NCBI GenBank assembly: GCA_003354045.1
Contig: PIVZ01000003.1
Coordinates: 1-40,038, forward strand
From: a bacterium
Lineage (GTDB): Bacteria > Desulfobacterota > Binatia > UBA1149 > CAITLU01
Reading direction: 5' to 3'
Length of the DNA stretch: 40,038 nucleotides
Each line of letters opens with the position of its first letter. Positions within the stretch are counted from its first letter, which is position 1. This document shows, in pieces, positions 16,847 to 26,478 of the stretch. The position numbers and the translations under genes were made by a program. The notes under the pieces were generated by a model, which saw only the letters and a list, made by a program, of their open reading frames with translations, ran no database searches and was not told the origin of the DNA.

Positions 16847-19395
16847 CAGCTTTCACCTGCCTGCCCTGTCAGGGTCATGCTCAGAATGTTGAACGGCAGC
16901 GGCTTGTCCTGCCGGAAATAGAGTTGCCCCTCGCGGTCCCAACCGGGCGGCGGTCCGAGGTTGAGGTCGCCCGAGAACAGCGGTGTCGGCTCGTTCATGT
17001 TGTCGCGGGTGCTGCGGATCGGCAGTTCCAGCAAGTCGCTGCTGTCGCGGCCGAACTTCCCGCAGTTCGTCTCCGAGACGCGGAGAATGCAGCCGTCGAT
17101 GCGCTTCAAGAGCCCCTGAGTGGACTGCGCCTGCTTGCCACCTGCTGGGCTCGCATCGACGCGCAACGTCTGGAGATCGGAGTTGTACGCAAGGCCGATA
17201 TGGACCGTGCTCGCTGCCGTGTCGAGCGTGATCTGCCCGTTCGCTACGGTCTTGTCAGCGATGTGCATCCCGTCCGCGAGCACTTGCACCGTCTCGCCTT
17301 CGAGGTGATTGAGTCCGTAGAAGACGGTCGCGGGCGAGTCGTCGTAGGTGAGCCCGGAATCCACGAAGAACGAGTCCGTGATGTCCGTCGTGGGCTCGAA
17401 CTGGTCTTCGAGGAATTCGATGTAGCGCGTGGTCACGCTGTTGACCGTGCGCTTGACGCACATCCAGACCTGATCGTGCCCGCCGTCCGGTGACGGGATG
17501 ACTGCGACGTTCTCCACCACTGCATCGCCCGTGCTGAAGTCGCCACCGATCTGATGCCGCGCCCACGCGAAGACCTCCTCTTCTGGGACGTAGGTCAGCG
17601 CGACGAGTTTGCCGTCAGTCCGCGCGCACCAAATGATCGAGTCAGGTGTTAGCTGGTAGTCAATCTCCGAGATCGGACTCGCAGAGACATGATCGGCGAT
17701 GCGGGTGAGGTCGTCTGCGATGTAAGAGTCATCTTGCAAGGCATACCGGAACGCTCGCAGCCGCTTCTTGGTGCGGTCCACGTAGACAATGGAACTACCA
17801 ACAGTCACGGGCCTGATGGCCGCCGCGCCGACCGGGCTCCCGGCTTGCACGTTGATGTTTGTCGGGGTGACTGGTTCAGTGTCGCCGCTCGCTCGCACAG
17901 GAAAGATCGCGCCAGGCGTACCGACTGCGAGCGATCTGCCAACTGACATCCACAATACGTTGTTGACCTGATTCGAGCCGATGATGTAGGTGATACCGTT
18001 GGCGTCAGTTATGGTCAGCGCCCCAAGATCGTGCTGCGTCGGCCCGTATGCGTCGAAATTCCCACTCTCGCTGCCATAGATGGAGTGCGGGCGCTCTGGC
18101 TCGCCCCCCCACCACAAGCGCCCCTCTGCAAACGACACCGCCGCCGGGTAGTTCGCAGGCCAGAATGCACCAAGTCTCCACGTATCCTTCGTATCTCCAG
18201 ACCACTTTTGGCTATTAGTCACGTCAACATTCGTCGTACTGTTGATCGCGTCGATGACGCCGTACCCTGCCGCGAACACGTTCGAGTCTACGTCCTCGCA
18301 TCGTATCAGCCGTCCGACATCTGCCGCCCGGAATCCCGCGTCACCGTTTATGCCCTCAGTGTCAGACGCGGCAATCGTACCGTCGCCAGTGCCGCTTGGG
18401 TTCATGGTCGTCGCCGTCGCATTGATCGAATAAAACGGACCGTCCACAAACGAAACATCGCTGAGTGTCCACAGAGTGTGCCCGGTTCTGCCTAGTTTCG
18501 CTGGCGCGTGGTCTTTGTGGGCGATGTAGAGCACGTCGGCCGATTGCGCAAAGGTGAGTTCGGCAATTTCGGTCTGTGTATAAGTGGTGGTAACCGTGAT
18601 GGGCTGATCTACCGTCCCGCCAGAAGACCATGACGTGTAGCCAGCGGCGCTACCGTCCTCGTCGGTCAGCGTGAAGTTGTCGGCATCAACCCTGGTGATC
18701 TTGAAGAATCGCCCGTTGATCTCAGGCACGTCGCTCGCGGTGTCGATATACACCTCGTCCCCGGTGGAAAACGAGTGCGCCGTAATCTGGATGTTGAGCG
18801 GGTTGGAATCAACCGTTATCGCCTCAATCGCGAGCGCGTCAACATTGATAGTGCCGCCTGACGCATAGTTGTTTACCCACACCGAACCATCAATGTCGAG
18901 TGAAAAACTATCCGCGTCGATGTACGTTGCCGTAAACTGGACCCCGTTAAGCGCCGTCGAAACGTCACCCCCAGGCCCATCGTCCACAACGCCTGTGACC
19001 GTAACAAGCCTACCATCCGGCACGCCATGATCGGCCAACGTGACAACCGCCGGGTTAGCCTCGGTGATATTAGTGACTGTTGATCGCGATGCGCTGGAGT
19101 GCAGGACCGCGCCCTCGTCATAGTAGACGTGAATCTTCAGGGCACTAAACACGAGCATGTACGCCTGCTCGGTCGAGTAGATGAACGGGACTAGCTTGAC
19201 CTTGGCGGTTTGGTCGAATATCGGCTTCACGAACCGCGTGCCGGACCGACGCAGCAAGCCGCCCTCTGCTTGAATCAGGAAGTTGCGAATGACCGCAGCC
19301 GCGCGGTCGTACTTCTGGATGTCCGAGCGCCCGTACAGGCGCGGAGAGACTTCACCGCCGTTGAAGGCGTTGAGCGGCTGAGTAAAGCGGCCCAT
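16846..19395 (-). CDS. Tail tubular protein B / nozzle (T7 gp12-like) with two inserted FCCH-like repeats
   Basis: FNGGEVSPRLYGRSD, QSADVLYIAH, FAEGRLWWGG, AWARH, GLNHLEGETVQVLADG, QDKPLP; ATG at 19395. Confidence 0.88.
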   Translation of the reverse strand: MGRFTQPLNAFNGGEVSPRLYGRSDIQKYDRAAAVIRNFLIQAEGGLLRRSGTRFVKPIFDQTAKVKLVPFIYSTEQAYMLVFSALKIHVYYDEGAVLHSSASRSTVTNITEANPAVVTLADHGVPDGRLVTVTGVVDDGPGGDVSTALNGVQFTATYIDADSFSLDIDGSVWVNNYASGGTINVDALAIEAITVDSNPLNIQITAHSFSTGDEVYIDTASDVPEINGRFFKITRVDADNFTLTDEDGSAAGYTSWSSGGTVDQPITVTTTYTQTEIAELTFAQSADVLYIAHKDHAPAKLGRTGHTLWTLSDVSFVDGPFYSINATATTMNPSGTGDGTIAASDTEGINGDAGFRAADVGRLIRCEDVDSNVFAAGYGVIDAINSTTNVDVTNSQKWSGDTKDTWRLGAFWPANYPAAVSFAEGRLWWGGEPERPHSIYGSESGNFDAYGPTQHDLGALTITDANGITYIIGSNQVNNVLWMSVGRSLAVGTPGAIFPVRASGDTEPVTPTNINVQAGSPVGAAAIRPVTVGSSIVYVDRTKKRLRAFRYALQDDSYIADDLTRIADHVSASPISEIDYQLTPDSIIWCARTDGKLVALTYVPEEEVFAWARHQIGGDFSTGDAVVENVAVIPSPDGGHDQVWMCVKRTVNSVTTRYIEFLEDQFEPTTDITDSFFVDSGLTYDDSPATVFYGLNHLEGETVQVLADGMHIADKTVANGQITLDTAASTVHIGLAYNSDLQTLRVDASPAGGKQAQSTQGLLKRIDGCILRVSETNCGKFGRDSSDLLELPIRSTRDNMNEPTPLFSGDLNLGPPPGWDREGQLYFRQDKPLPFNILSMTLTGQAGES

Positions 19396-19970
19396 CAGCG
19401 CCTCGCGTCGATCCAGTCGTTGGAGGTGACGATCTCGGGGCTGTCTTCCTGCCCGTCGATGCCCTTCGCGGCCTTGACGAGCAAGTCGTATATCTGCGCG
19501 ATCTGAGCAACCTTGGCGGCGGTGCCGGTGATCTCTTCCGCCCAGTCCATCGCGAGTCGAGCAGCCAACGCCTCGCGGAACTTCGGGTCCATCCGGTTCG
19601 CGTCTTCGAGGTCGGCCGTGTACTTGATCTTGAGCGGTGACGAAAGGTCGGTGACGATGACCGTGCCGGCTGACGTGTTCTCGATTCGGTACTTCAGCAG
19701 CGACGGGTTGTAGACTTCCACGACGCGCAGGCAGTCGGACGGCAGCGGGAACGCCCGCTCGAATTCCCACACGGGCGCGGTGCTGCTCGCCGCAATCGAC
19801 AGCCGCGTCATCGCGAAGTTCCACGGGTGATCGCGCAGCAGCCCTTGACGCAGATCGTCGTAGGTGCGCTCGGCGAGACGACCCGCACGCGAGTTGTCCG
19901 TAACGTCATTGATCGGCGCTTCTCCCAGTTGCGAGAGCGCCGAGTTGATGATTCCGATTTTGCTTGCCAT
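19395..19970 (-). CDS. Tail tubular protein A / adaptor (T7 gp11-like)
   Basis: IINSALSQLG, LLRDHPWNFA, FPLPSDCLRV, ALAARLA. Confidence 0.88.
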   Translation of the reverse strand: MASKIGIINSALSQLGEAPINDVTDNSRAGRLAERTYDDLRQGLLRDHPWNFAMTRLSIAASSTAPVWEFERAFPLPSDCLRVVEVYNPSLLKYRIENTSAGTVIVTDLSSPLKIKYTADLEDANRMDPKFREALAARLAMDWAEEITGTAAKVAQIAQIYDLLVKAAKGIDGQEDSPEIVTSNDWIDARR

Positions 19971-19985
19971 TCAAGCCCCGCAGGT

Positions 19986-20019
19986 GGGGGACGCGCCCGG
20001 AGACAGGAACGCGCCCCCC
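19986..20019 (-). terminator. Strong hairpin after the capsid-associated gene (terminator or mRNA stabiliser)
   Basis: 13-bp stem with G-U pairs on the minus strand; no U-tract. Confidence 0.45.
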
Positions 20020-20032
20020 TGGAGCGGCGGTG

Positions 20033-20548
20033 TTAGTCGCCCGCCGTGTACTCGATGATGTACGTCTGGTCGCAGCCGACGGCATCGCCAACGATCTGCG
20101 CGCAGATCTCGTACTCGGTTCCCGGCGTGGGTGCCGACGCGGGACCAGCCGCGCAGTATTCCCACAGCGCCTTCCCAAAATCTTCCGGGTTGGTGAGCCC
20201 CGTGCCGAGAATTTCGGTCGGGAACGCAATCGCGGACGAGAGGTCCGCGCCGTCCACCAGTCCATCGGCGTCGATGACGACCGGGTCGGCAGTCGTACCG
20301 GAAGGCGTCCAGATGCCGACATTGACATCGGTCGCATTCGCATCGGCGTCGTTGACGGTCCTGATCGACGTGATTCGGTTATGCGCCTTCATTTTCGTGA
20401 GCCGGAGGATTTCCCCGGCACCCGGCGAAGCGGGTACGACAACGCGACAGATGTCTACGCGCTGGCGTGCGTGCTTTTCGCCGACAGGGTGCATCACCGC
20501 CGGAGAGGCGATGACGTTGGTCATGATGCTTGATTCTGTTGCGCTCAT
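20033..20548 (-). CDS. Putative capsid decoration/cement protein
   Basis: Beta-rich, 171 aa, directly downstream of the major capsid gene. Confidence 0.6.
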   Translation of the reverse strand: MSATESSIMTNVIASPAVMHPVGEKHARQRVDICRVVVPASPGAGEILRLTKMKAHNRITSIRTVNDADANATDVNVGIWTPSGTTADPVVIDADGLVDGADLSSAIAFPTEILGTGLTNPEDFGKALWEYCAAGPASAPTPGTEYEICAQIVGDAVGCDQTYIIEYTAGD

Positions 20549-20624
20549 GGTAAAGACTCCTCAACCATGTTGGTGGTTAGCGACCGGCACGACTCCGCAC
20601 CGGCCGCTGCACACCGTTTGATTC

Positions 20625-21485
20625 CTACTCGACGCAACGGATGTCGATGACTCCCGTGGCGTCCATTCGTGTCGCGCCCATGTCGTTCTCCGCGAAGACC
20701 TGCGTGGAGTACGACTTGTCCGCTCGCTCGCTGACCCGCACGTTGAACTCTTCCAACGTGCCGAACAGGATCGAGTTCTTCGCCCACGCCAAGCACTGCC
20801 GGTCTGTGGACGTGGTGAGGCGCTCACTCTGGATCCAGTCGAAGCCCATGAACGAGGAGATGCTCCCGCTCATCAGGGCTCGCATGGACGCATAGTCCGA
20901 GCTGGTGATGGTCGAGTCGTTGAGGACATCTTCCATCTGCTCCTGCGAGACGCAGAGCTTGAACCCCTCCTCGGGGTCGTTCTCTGCCGCACGCAGCACC
21001 TTGTTCGCGCCGATGATCTTGACGAGGGTCAGACCCGCAGCACCCGCAGCGATGGTGTAGTCACCGCCCGGGAACGTCTCGCTGCTTGAGCCGTCCACGC
21101 CGTACTTCGCCGTTCCGAGAGCCGCCGCGATGATGACATCATCGGCTGCTCGACCGAACGCTCGACCGAACGCCACGCTGAACGCGCCACTCGGATCGTT
21201 CAGGGTGCGAAGCATGTCGGCCTTGTCAATCAGGTCGGCGTGCTTGTAGCTGACCGGCACGACCATGCGCCGGGACTGGGGGGTGTCCGTCAGCGGGGTA
21301 TCCGCGTGACGAGTGGTGGACGGAACGGCCGTGACCGAGCCCACCTGATCGAAGAAGTTCCGGTCGCCCGTCTCCAACGTCTCGAATCGGACGTGGTTTC
21401 GGAGTCGGCTCTCCTTCTGCTCCGCGAGGTGCGTGATGCCCTGCTTGAAGCCTTTGACAAAATGTGTCGGTGCCTGAGTGCTCAT
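20625..21485 (-). CDS. Major capsid protein
   Basis: QKESRLR, FFDQVG, RHADTP..SRR, GRAADDVII, FMGFDWI, ERADKSYSTQV..MGATR. Confidence 0.9.
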   Translation of the reverse strand: MSTQAPTHFVKGFKQGITHLAEQKESRLRNHVRFETLETGDRNFFDQVGSVTAVPSTTRHADTPLTDTPQSRRMVVPVSYKHADLIDKADMLRTLNDPSGAFSVAFGRAFGRAADDVIIAAALGTAKYGVDGSSSETFPGGDYTIAAGAAGLTLVKIIGANKVLRAAENDPEEGFKLCVSQEQMEDVLNDSTITSSDYASMRALMSGSISSFMGFDWIQSERLTTSTDRQCLAWAKNSILFGTLEEFNVRVSERADKSYSTQVFAENDMGATRMDATGVIDIRCVE

Positions 21486-21499
21486 AACAGAGCCTCCAT

Positions 21500-21619
21500 C
21501 GTTCGTTGTGAGTGAACGAAGTGGGTTGTCTGCTATGCAGGCCCGACTTCTAGGCTGATCTCGCCAGCCCAGGCGTCCGATCTTTCTCGGCGAGCACGCG
21601 GCCCTAGCGGGTTATCGCG
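21500..21619 (-). promoter_or_regulatory. Structured 5' leader of the capsid gene
   Basis: Five hairpins, two with C x A(U/C)AA internal loops. Confidence 0.5.
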
Positions 21620-21953
21620 AAGTCCTTCCTCTCCCTTTCTGCCTGCTCTGCGCAGGCTTCTGCGGTTCCTGTTTCTGTTCCGGCTTCGGGGCCGGTTTCT
21701 TCTTGGGTTCTGCGAACTCCATGATCTCGTGAGCGTGTATCATCACGTTCTCGAGCCCGGCCCGGACATTTGCCAAGCGGACTGCGATCTCCAGCGCGGC
21801 CATGCGCGGCTCGATGCCGCTGTCCCCGCCGCCCACGGCAAATTTCACCAATACTTCCCCAATCTGTTCATCTGTCATCTTCAGCGCGGAGAACTTGGTT
21901 TGGATCTGCGCAGACAACTCCAGGCACTGAATTCTCGACATAGTGACGTTCAT
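21612..21953 (-). CDS. Hypothetical protein with two helical R..LE.A/S repeats and a basic tail
   Basis: AGGAG RBS; between scaffold and capsid genes. Confidence 0.7.
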   Translation of the reverse strand: MNVTMSRIQCLELSAQIQTKFSALKMTDEQIGEVLVKFAVGGGDSGIEPRMAALEIAVRLANVRAGLENVMIHAHEIMEFAEPKKKPAPKPEQKQEPQKPAQSRQKGRGRTSR

Positions 21954-21962
21954 TCCTTGCTC

Positions 21963-22838
21963 CTATCCCGAGGAAGTCATCTGGTTCAGCGCATCACGCC
22001 GAGCGACCAGAGCCTTGTGTTCCGGGGCACCGCGCTCGTACAGCGCGGGGTTGCTGTTGATTTCTGCGAGTTCCGTTTCGACCTCTGCCGGCGTCATCGC
22101 GATCCTGCCGCCACGTCCGCCGTGGAAGCCGAGTTCGTCACCCTGCGCACCGAGCATCGAGAAGATTTCCGTCAGCGCGGCGTTGTCGCCGATGAAGCTG
22201 CCATCGGGTAGCGACTGCCCGGCGAGTTCCTCCCGCGTGAGTCCCACCGCGGCGGCGGCGGCGTCCATCCCGGCCTTCGCCTGCGCGATCTTCTCGGGGA
22301 ACGCAGCGCCGTACTTCTCCTTCAGGCCCGATTCCACGGCCGCGCGCTTCTGCTCGACGCCCTGGATGTGCTCGCCGAGGTTCTTGGCCTGCGACTGCGC
22401 GAGCGCGTCCACCATCCCGTTGAACTGATCCTTGCTGACGCCGAGTTCGCGCGCCTTCTCGGCGACTTCGCTCACGCCGTTCGCGTCCCAGATTTCGGCG
22501 AGGATCTCGGGCGGCTGGTACGCGCCCAACTCGTAACCCTCGGTCGTCTCGGGAACGCCCATTGCCTTGTGGTATTCCGCGCGCTGCTCGTCGGTCGAGT
22601 TCTCGTCGATGGGGATGATGCCCTTCTTATGGATGAGGCCCGACAGTTCGACGTAACTCTTGCCGAGCGCGTTCACGTCTTCGAACTTCGTCAGCGACGG
22701 GTTCTCGCGCAGGCCTTCATCGATGCCGTCGCGCCAGCTTGAGGGTGCGGCTTCGGTGACGGGTGCTTCCACCACCGGCTCGACCGGCGGCGCTGCGGGT
22801 GCTTCTGTCGGCGTTACTGCTGCTTCACTCATCGTCAT
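21963..22838 (-). CDS. Capsid scaffolding protein
   Basis: SWRDGI..LTKFEDVNALGKSYVEL, LKEKYG; acidic; position. Confidence 0.85.
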   Translation of the reverse strand: MTMSEAAVTPTEAPAAPPVEPVVEAPVTEAAPSSWRDGIDEGLRENPSLTKFEDVNALGKSYVELSGLIHKKGIIPIDENSTDEQRAEYHKAMGVPETTEGYELGAYQPPEILAEIWDANGVSEVAEKARELGVSKDQFNGMVDALAQSQAKNLGEHIQGVEQKRAAVESGLKEKYGAAFPEKIAQAKAGMDAAAAAVGLTREELAGQSLPDGSFIGDNAALTEIFSMLGAQGDELGFHGGRGGRIAMTPAEVETELAEINSNPALYERGAPEHKALVARRDALNQMTSSG

Positions 22839-23100
22839 CTCCTTGGTTTCTGGCTTCCTTCTTCCTGCGCTGCTCCAACTCGCGCAGATAACTTTCGTCC
22901 TTGTCGATCATGTCGAAGATCCGCAGCACGACGCCGCGTGCCCCTTCGCTGAAACTCGTTGCGTTCGGGTCGCCTGCGATGAACGTCGAACGCATCATGC
23001 ACCCGTGGTCCGCGAGGTCGGCGAGCACCTTCTCGCCCTGTGGCGAGTTGAAGACCGTCCTGTAAGCGCCTCGCAATACACGTTGCCTCTCAAACCTCAT
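22825..23100 (-). CDS. Bbp19-like protein
   Basis: YRTVFNSPQGEKVLADL...FSEGARGVVLRI. Confidence 0.8.
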   Translation of the reverse strand: MRFERQRVLRGAYRTVFNSPQGEKVLADLADHGCMMRSTFIAGDPNATSFSEGARGVVLRIFDMIDKDESYLRELEQRRKKEARNQGDDDE

Positions 23101-24692
23101 GCCGCCGTCGCGCCCTGAATCTTCGACATCACGTCAGCGGCGACGGTCGCCTGCTGCATGGCCTCTTGTTTCTGTGCTTCCATTGCCTGCGCTTCCGCCC
23201 GCGCTTCTCGGATCTGCTGCACCGCATCGCGTGACTTCAGCACCCGTGCCGGGACACCCTTCTGCGAGGCAATCAGCCGCATGGCCTCTTCGGAGTCCAT
23301 CACGTCGAGCACGCTCGGGTCGGACTGCGCGAGATTCGCACCGACCGTGAAGACTTCGACGATGGCGCGCGTATCCTGATCCTTCTGTGCGCGGGCGACG
23401 GGTGAGACGTACTCGACCTTGAGTTTCGCGCCCATCAGTGCGGGCGGCGGCGGCAGGAACTTGCCACTCCGCAAGAGCACGCCGAACGTCCGGTCCACCA
23501 GCGGTCCGAGGAATTCCGTGTCCTGTCGGCCGAGGATTGGTGCGAGCAGCCGCATGATCTGACCGGAGATTTCCATGACCTGAGTTGCCGTCATGCGCGG
23601 GTCGCGAATCAGTTGGAGCAAGTCCCAGTGGAATGCGTTCTGTACCTGCTGGCGAGTGTCGGTGAGCAGTTCGACGCCCCAGCCGAGATCGCCGCCCGTG
23701 TTGATGGGCTGAATCGGCGGGTTCATCGCACCGGGTCGAACGGTATTGAGCGCACCGGGGCGAAGAGCCAACTGCAACTCTTCGTCGTCGGTCATCAGCG
23801 CGGGCAGCACCTTCAGCTTGCCCGACTGGAGCATGGTCTTCTTCATCTCGTTCAGCATGGTCGCATCGGGCAACGCCACGAAGCCGGGACCGCGCCCGTA
23901 CACTTCGGAGGGGTCTTTCTCCCAACGGGCGATCATGTACGGCATCTCTTCGTAGCCGCCCGTCTCGACGATCTTCTTCTTGTCGAACGAAACGATGGCT
24001 CCCTCGAAGGGCATCCCACTCGGGCGGAAAGGCAGCGGTAGCGGTGAAGTCGCTGGGCGGACCATGTGGCAGTATTTGTGTCGCTCTTCGGACTTGCCTT
24101 CCGCTACCGCCTTTCTCGCCTTGTCGGGTGCATCATCACCCCATGCCTCCACGGCTTGACTCGCCGTGTACTGGAACTTTCGGAACACCGTGTCGATGAC
24201 GCTCGACGCATTCTCGGAGCAGTACAGTTCACTGAGCGGTCGAGCGGAAAAGGTCGGGTCGCCGCCGGGGTTGCCGCCGACGAAGAAGCCCATCGTCCCG
24301 AAGGCCACGAGTTCGGTGTACGACTCATGCACTTGCGAGGAGAACCGGGCGGTGGGCGCGTTGAAGGCGTTATACATCTGCTCTTGCGCGTCTTCCAGCC
24401 ACAGCACCACGTCGCGGTCTTCCATCAGCCGCGAGTCTTCGGTGAGCAGTGTGAACCACTCGGCTGCCGGATTCGTCAGTAGCGAGTGAAGCCCACCGGA
24501 GAGCGCCGACACGGAGAAGCGGGCCGTGCCGTCGTAGATCGTGATCTGACGGCTGCGCCCGCCCGTGACGTGCTCCGTGACGAAATCGCGCGTGCCGATC
24601 ATGCTGTCGGCGATGTTCTGCCACGTCGAATCCCACGTACCGCGTAGGCCGGCGAGTTGTTCGTACTGCTTGATGATCTGTGCGCCGTCCAT
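23097..24692 (-). CDS. Portal (head-tail connector) protein
   Basis: IYDGTA, WF.L, LVAFGT, VYGRGPG, MTATQV, VEYVSPVARAQ; ATG 24692 coupled to the upstream stop (alternative start 24701). Confidence 0.92.
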   Translation of the reverse strand: MDGAQIIKQYEQLAGLRGTWDSTWQNIADSMIGTRDFVTEHVTGGRSRQITIYDGTARFSVSALSGGLHSLLTNPAAEWFTLLTEDSRLMEDRDVVLWLEDAQEQMYNAFNAPTARFSSQVHESYTELVAFGTMGFFVGGNPGGDPTFSARPLSELYCSENASSVIDTVFRKFQYTASQAVEAWGDDAPDKARKAVAEGKSEERHKYCHMVRPATSPLPLPFRPSGMPFEGAIVSFDKKKIVETGGYEEMPYMIARWEKDPSEVYGRGPGFVALPDATMLNEMKKTMLQSGKLKVLPALMTDDEELQLALRPGALNTVRPGAMNPPIQPINTGGDLGWGVELLTDTRQQVQNAFHWDLLQLIRDPRMTATQVMEISGQIMRLLAPILGRQDTEFLGPLVDRTFGVLLRSGKFLPPPPALMGAKLKVEYVSPVARAQKDQDTRAIVEVFTVGANLAQSDPSVLDVMDSEEAMRLIASQKGVPARVLKSRDAVQQIREARAEAQAMEAQKQEAMQQATVAADVMSKIQGATAA

Positions 24693-24904
24693 CAGTGCCA
24701 CGCCGGGGGATTCTCGACGTACTTTTCGAGATCCGTCTTATCGGGCAGGCCCGCTGCTGCCCGCTCAGGATTGGGTGCATTGATGACCAGTGTTGGCGCT
24801 CCGAACGTAACCACACGCGGCGGCAGACCACAGCGACAGGACCGAAGTCGAACTGTGGTGGGCTTCTGCAAGTCCCATTGTCTGCCGCACGCGCAAGTGG
24901 TCAT
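24692..24904 (-). CDS. Small CxC...CxC protein
   Basis: Fills the gap between two genes; TGATG coupling to portal. Confidence 0.55.
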   Translation of the reverse strand: MTTCACGRQWDLQKPTTVRLRSCRCGLPPRVVTFGAPTLVINAPNPERAAAGLPDKTDLEKYVENPPAWH

Positions 24905-24907
24905 CGT

Positions 24908-25942
24908 CTAGTACGCAACCAAGATCATCCACGTATTCGCGGACTGGTCGTCGAGCGCGACGAGAAAGTCGCTCCCGCTTTCGTAGTGCGGGAAATAGCT
25001 AGTCCACTCTACGAGGGGCACAAAGTCCTGTTCTCCGGCCTCGGCATCCGGTGAGGCGACAACGCCCAGCACGCCGTCGTACTGAATCGCCAAGTTGAGA
25101 TCGATCTCCGCAGTATCAATCCACGCAGCGCCAGCGTCGATATACATAACAGCGCCGTTAAACGTGGTCGGGGACTGCGCGCTGGCTTGGATGAATACGC
25201 CGTCAACATCAGCACAAGTAGCGTCGCAGTCAGAGGCGAAGTCAACCTCCATCCACTGCCAGACGTTGGCGGTGGCGTAGGCGGGAACAACCGCGTTCCC
25301 TTCGGCTGAACTGCCGTCGTCAAGCGTGGCGTCTAGGTCACCCGAAAGGAATGTGGTGTCAGAGCGAAGCCAGAATCCGAGGCTGTCAGTGCCCGCATTC
25401 GCGTGGCCCGTAACCGTAAAGTCGATCCCGTGGTTGGCAGCAACCGTTGCGGCCCATGTGTACTTGTAACTACCTGCACCGACGCGGAAGATGGTCGTCT
25501 CTGCGGCTTCGGTCCCGCCCGTAATCGGCGCGGCCTCCCCGATGGGACTGTCGTCCATCAACGCGAAGGCTGCACCAGTACCGTCAATGCTTTCGTCGGT
25601 GGCGGAAGATACGAGCTTGATGCGGGGCACGCCGATGAATTGATTCACGGCCCCAGCGTCACCGCCCGTGGCGTCTGTGGAGATCGTTACATCGCCCGTA
25701 GCGGTAATGGCCCCGGTAACAGCAACAGCCCCGCCAGAGGTTATCGCCCCAGTGGTGGTGAGAGTGCCGTCAGAGGTGACGGTTCCGCCGTCAGTCGTGA
25801 CGATGTACGACGTGGTGGTCGATGTGCCGACTTCGCATGACTGACCGGACGGACATCGACCGGACGTGTTCACTTGTGCCGCATAAGCCGCGAAAGCGAT
25901 GAACGTCAGCGCCAACGTGACCACGATAATTCGGAACTTCAT
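24908..25942 (-). CDS. Exported fibre-like protein (signal peptide + Thr/Gly beta-repeats + carbohydrate-binding-like domain)
   Basis: MKFRIIVVTLALTFIAFAAYA; GTLTTTGAITSGGAVAVTGAITATGDV; 4 Cys in two close pairs. Confidence 0.75.
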   Translation of the reverse strand: MKFRIIVVTLALTFIAFAAYAAQVNTSGRCPSGQSCEVGTSTTTSYIVTTDGGTVTSDGTLTTTGAITSGGAVAVTGAITATGDVTISTDATGGDAGAVNQFIGVPRIKLVSSATDESIDGTGAAFALMDDSPIGEAAPITGGTEAAETTIFRVGAGSYKYTWAATVAANHGIDFTVTGHANAGTDSLGFWLRSDTTFLSGDLDATLDDGSSAEGNAVVPAYATANVWQWMEVDFASDCDATCADVDGVFIQASAQSPTTFNGAVMYIDAGAAWIDTAEIDLNLAIQYDGVLGVVASPDAEAGEQDFVPLVEWTSYFPHYESGSDFLVALDDQSANTWMILVAY

Positions 25943-26478
25943 TGGTTCTCCCTCCCGCATAGAGGGCAGTCACCCTCCCAGTAAAAACTTTTGCGCTCGC
26001 AACTTCGTGCGATCCTGTCTGCCTGCTCTGCGATGTCCATCGACGCGAGGATGTGCGTCGGCGTGAAGCCGTTTGCACGCGAACTCTCGCACCCCTGCTT
26101 GTTCGATATGAGCACGACGCCGATGGCTGCCTGAACTCCCATCCGGTCGAGTTCTGTGATCGCGCGTTCGCGCAGCGCAGTGCTGATGCCTTGGCGGCGG
26201 TGGCTCTCAATCGTGTAGACACCCCATCCATAAGCGAAGTCCTCTTCGCTGGACGCAGCGCCCCAAAGCGCAACCCCTACGGTGCGCCCGTCTTCTACCG
26301 CGAACAGGCCAACGCCAGGAATCGCGCCGCTCGTGTAACTGTCGAACAGGCCACGGAAGTAACCGACATCATTCGCGCCATCGCCCGACATGGCCGCCAA
26401 TTCGTTGATGTACTTCTCGTACAGCCCGAAGAACCTGTCGGCGTCACCCTGCTTTGCAACTTCGATGACGTAGCCCAT
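25939..26478 (-). CDS. GNAT acetyltransferase
   Basis: GVYTIESHRRQGISTAL acetyl-CoA motif; N...NGF. Confidence 0.8.
   Translation of the reverse strand: MGYVIEVAKQGDADRFFGLYEKYINELAAMSGDGANDVGYFRGLFDSYTSGAIPGVGLFAVEDGRTVGVALWGAASSEEDFAYGWGVYTIESHRRQGISTALRERAITELDRMGVQAAIGVVLISNKQGCESSRANGFTPTHILASMDIAEQADRIARSCERKSFYWEGDCPLCGRENQ

Noticed and set aside
17489-17498. 10-nt match to the linker of the 38248-38354 RNA as an antisense target
   Set aside because: Mid-gene and short enough to occur by chance in GC-rich DNA.
19396-19824. 992-aa version of tail tube B
   Set aside because: The extension overlaps tail tube A out of frame; the conserved start MGRF..FNGGE is at 19395.
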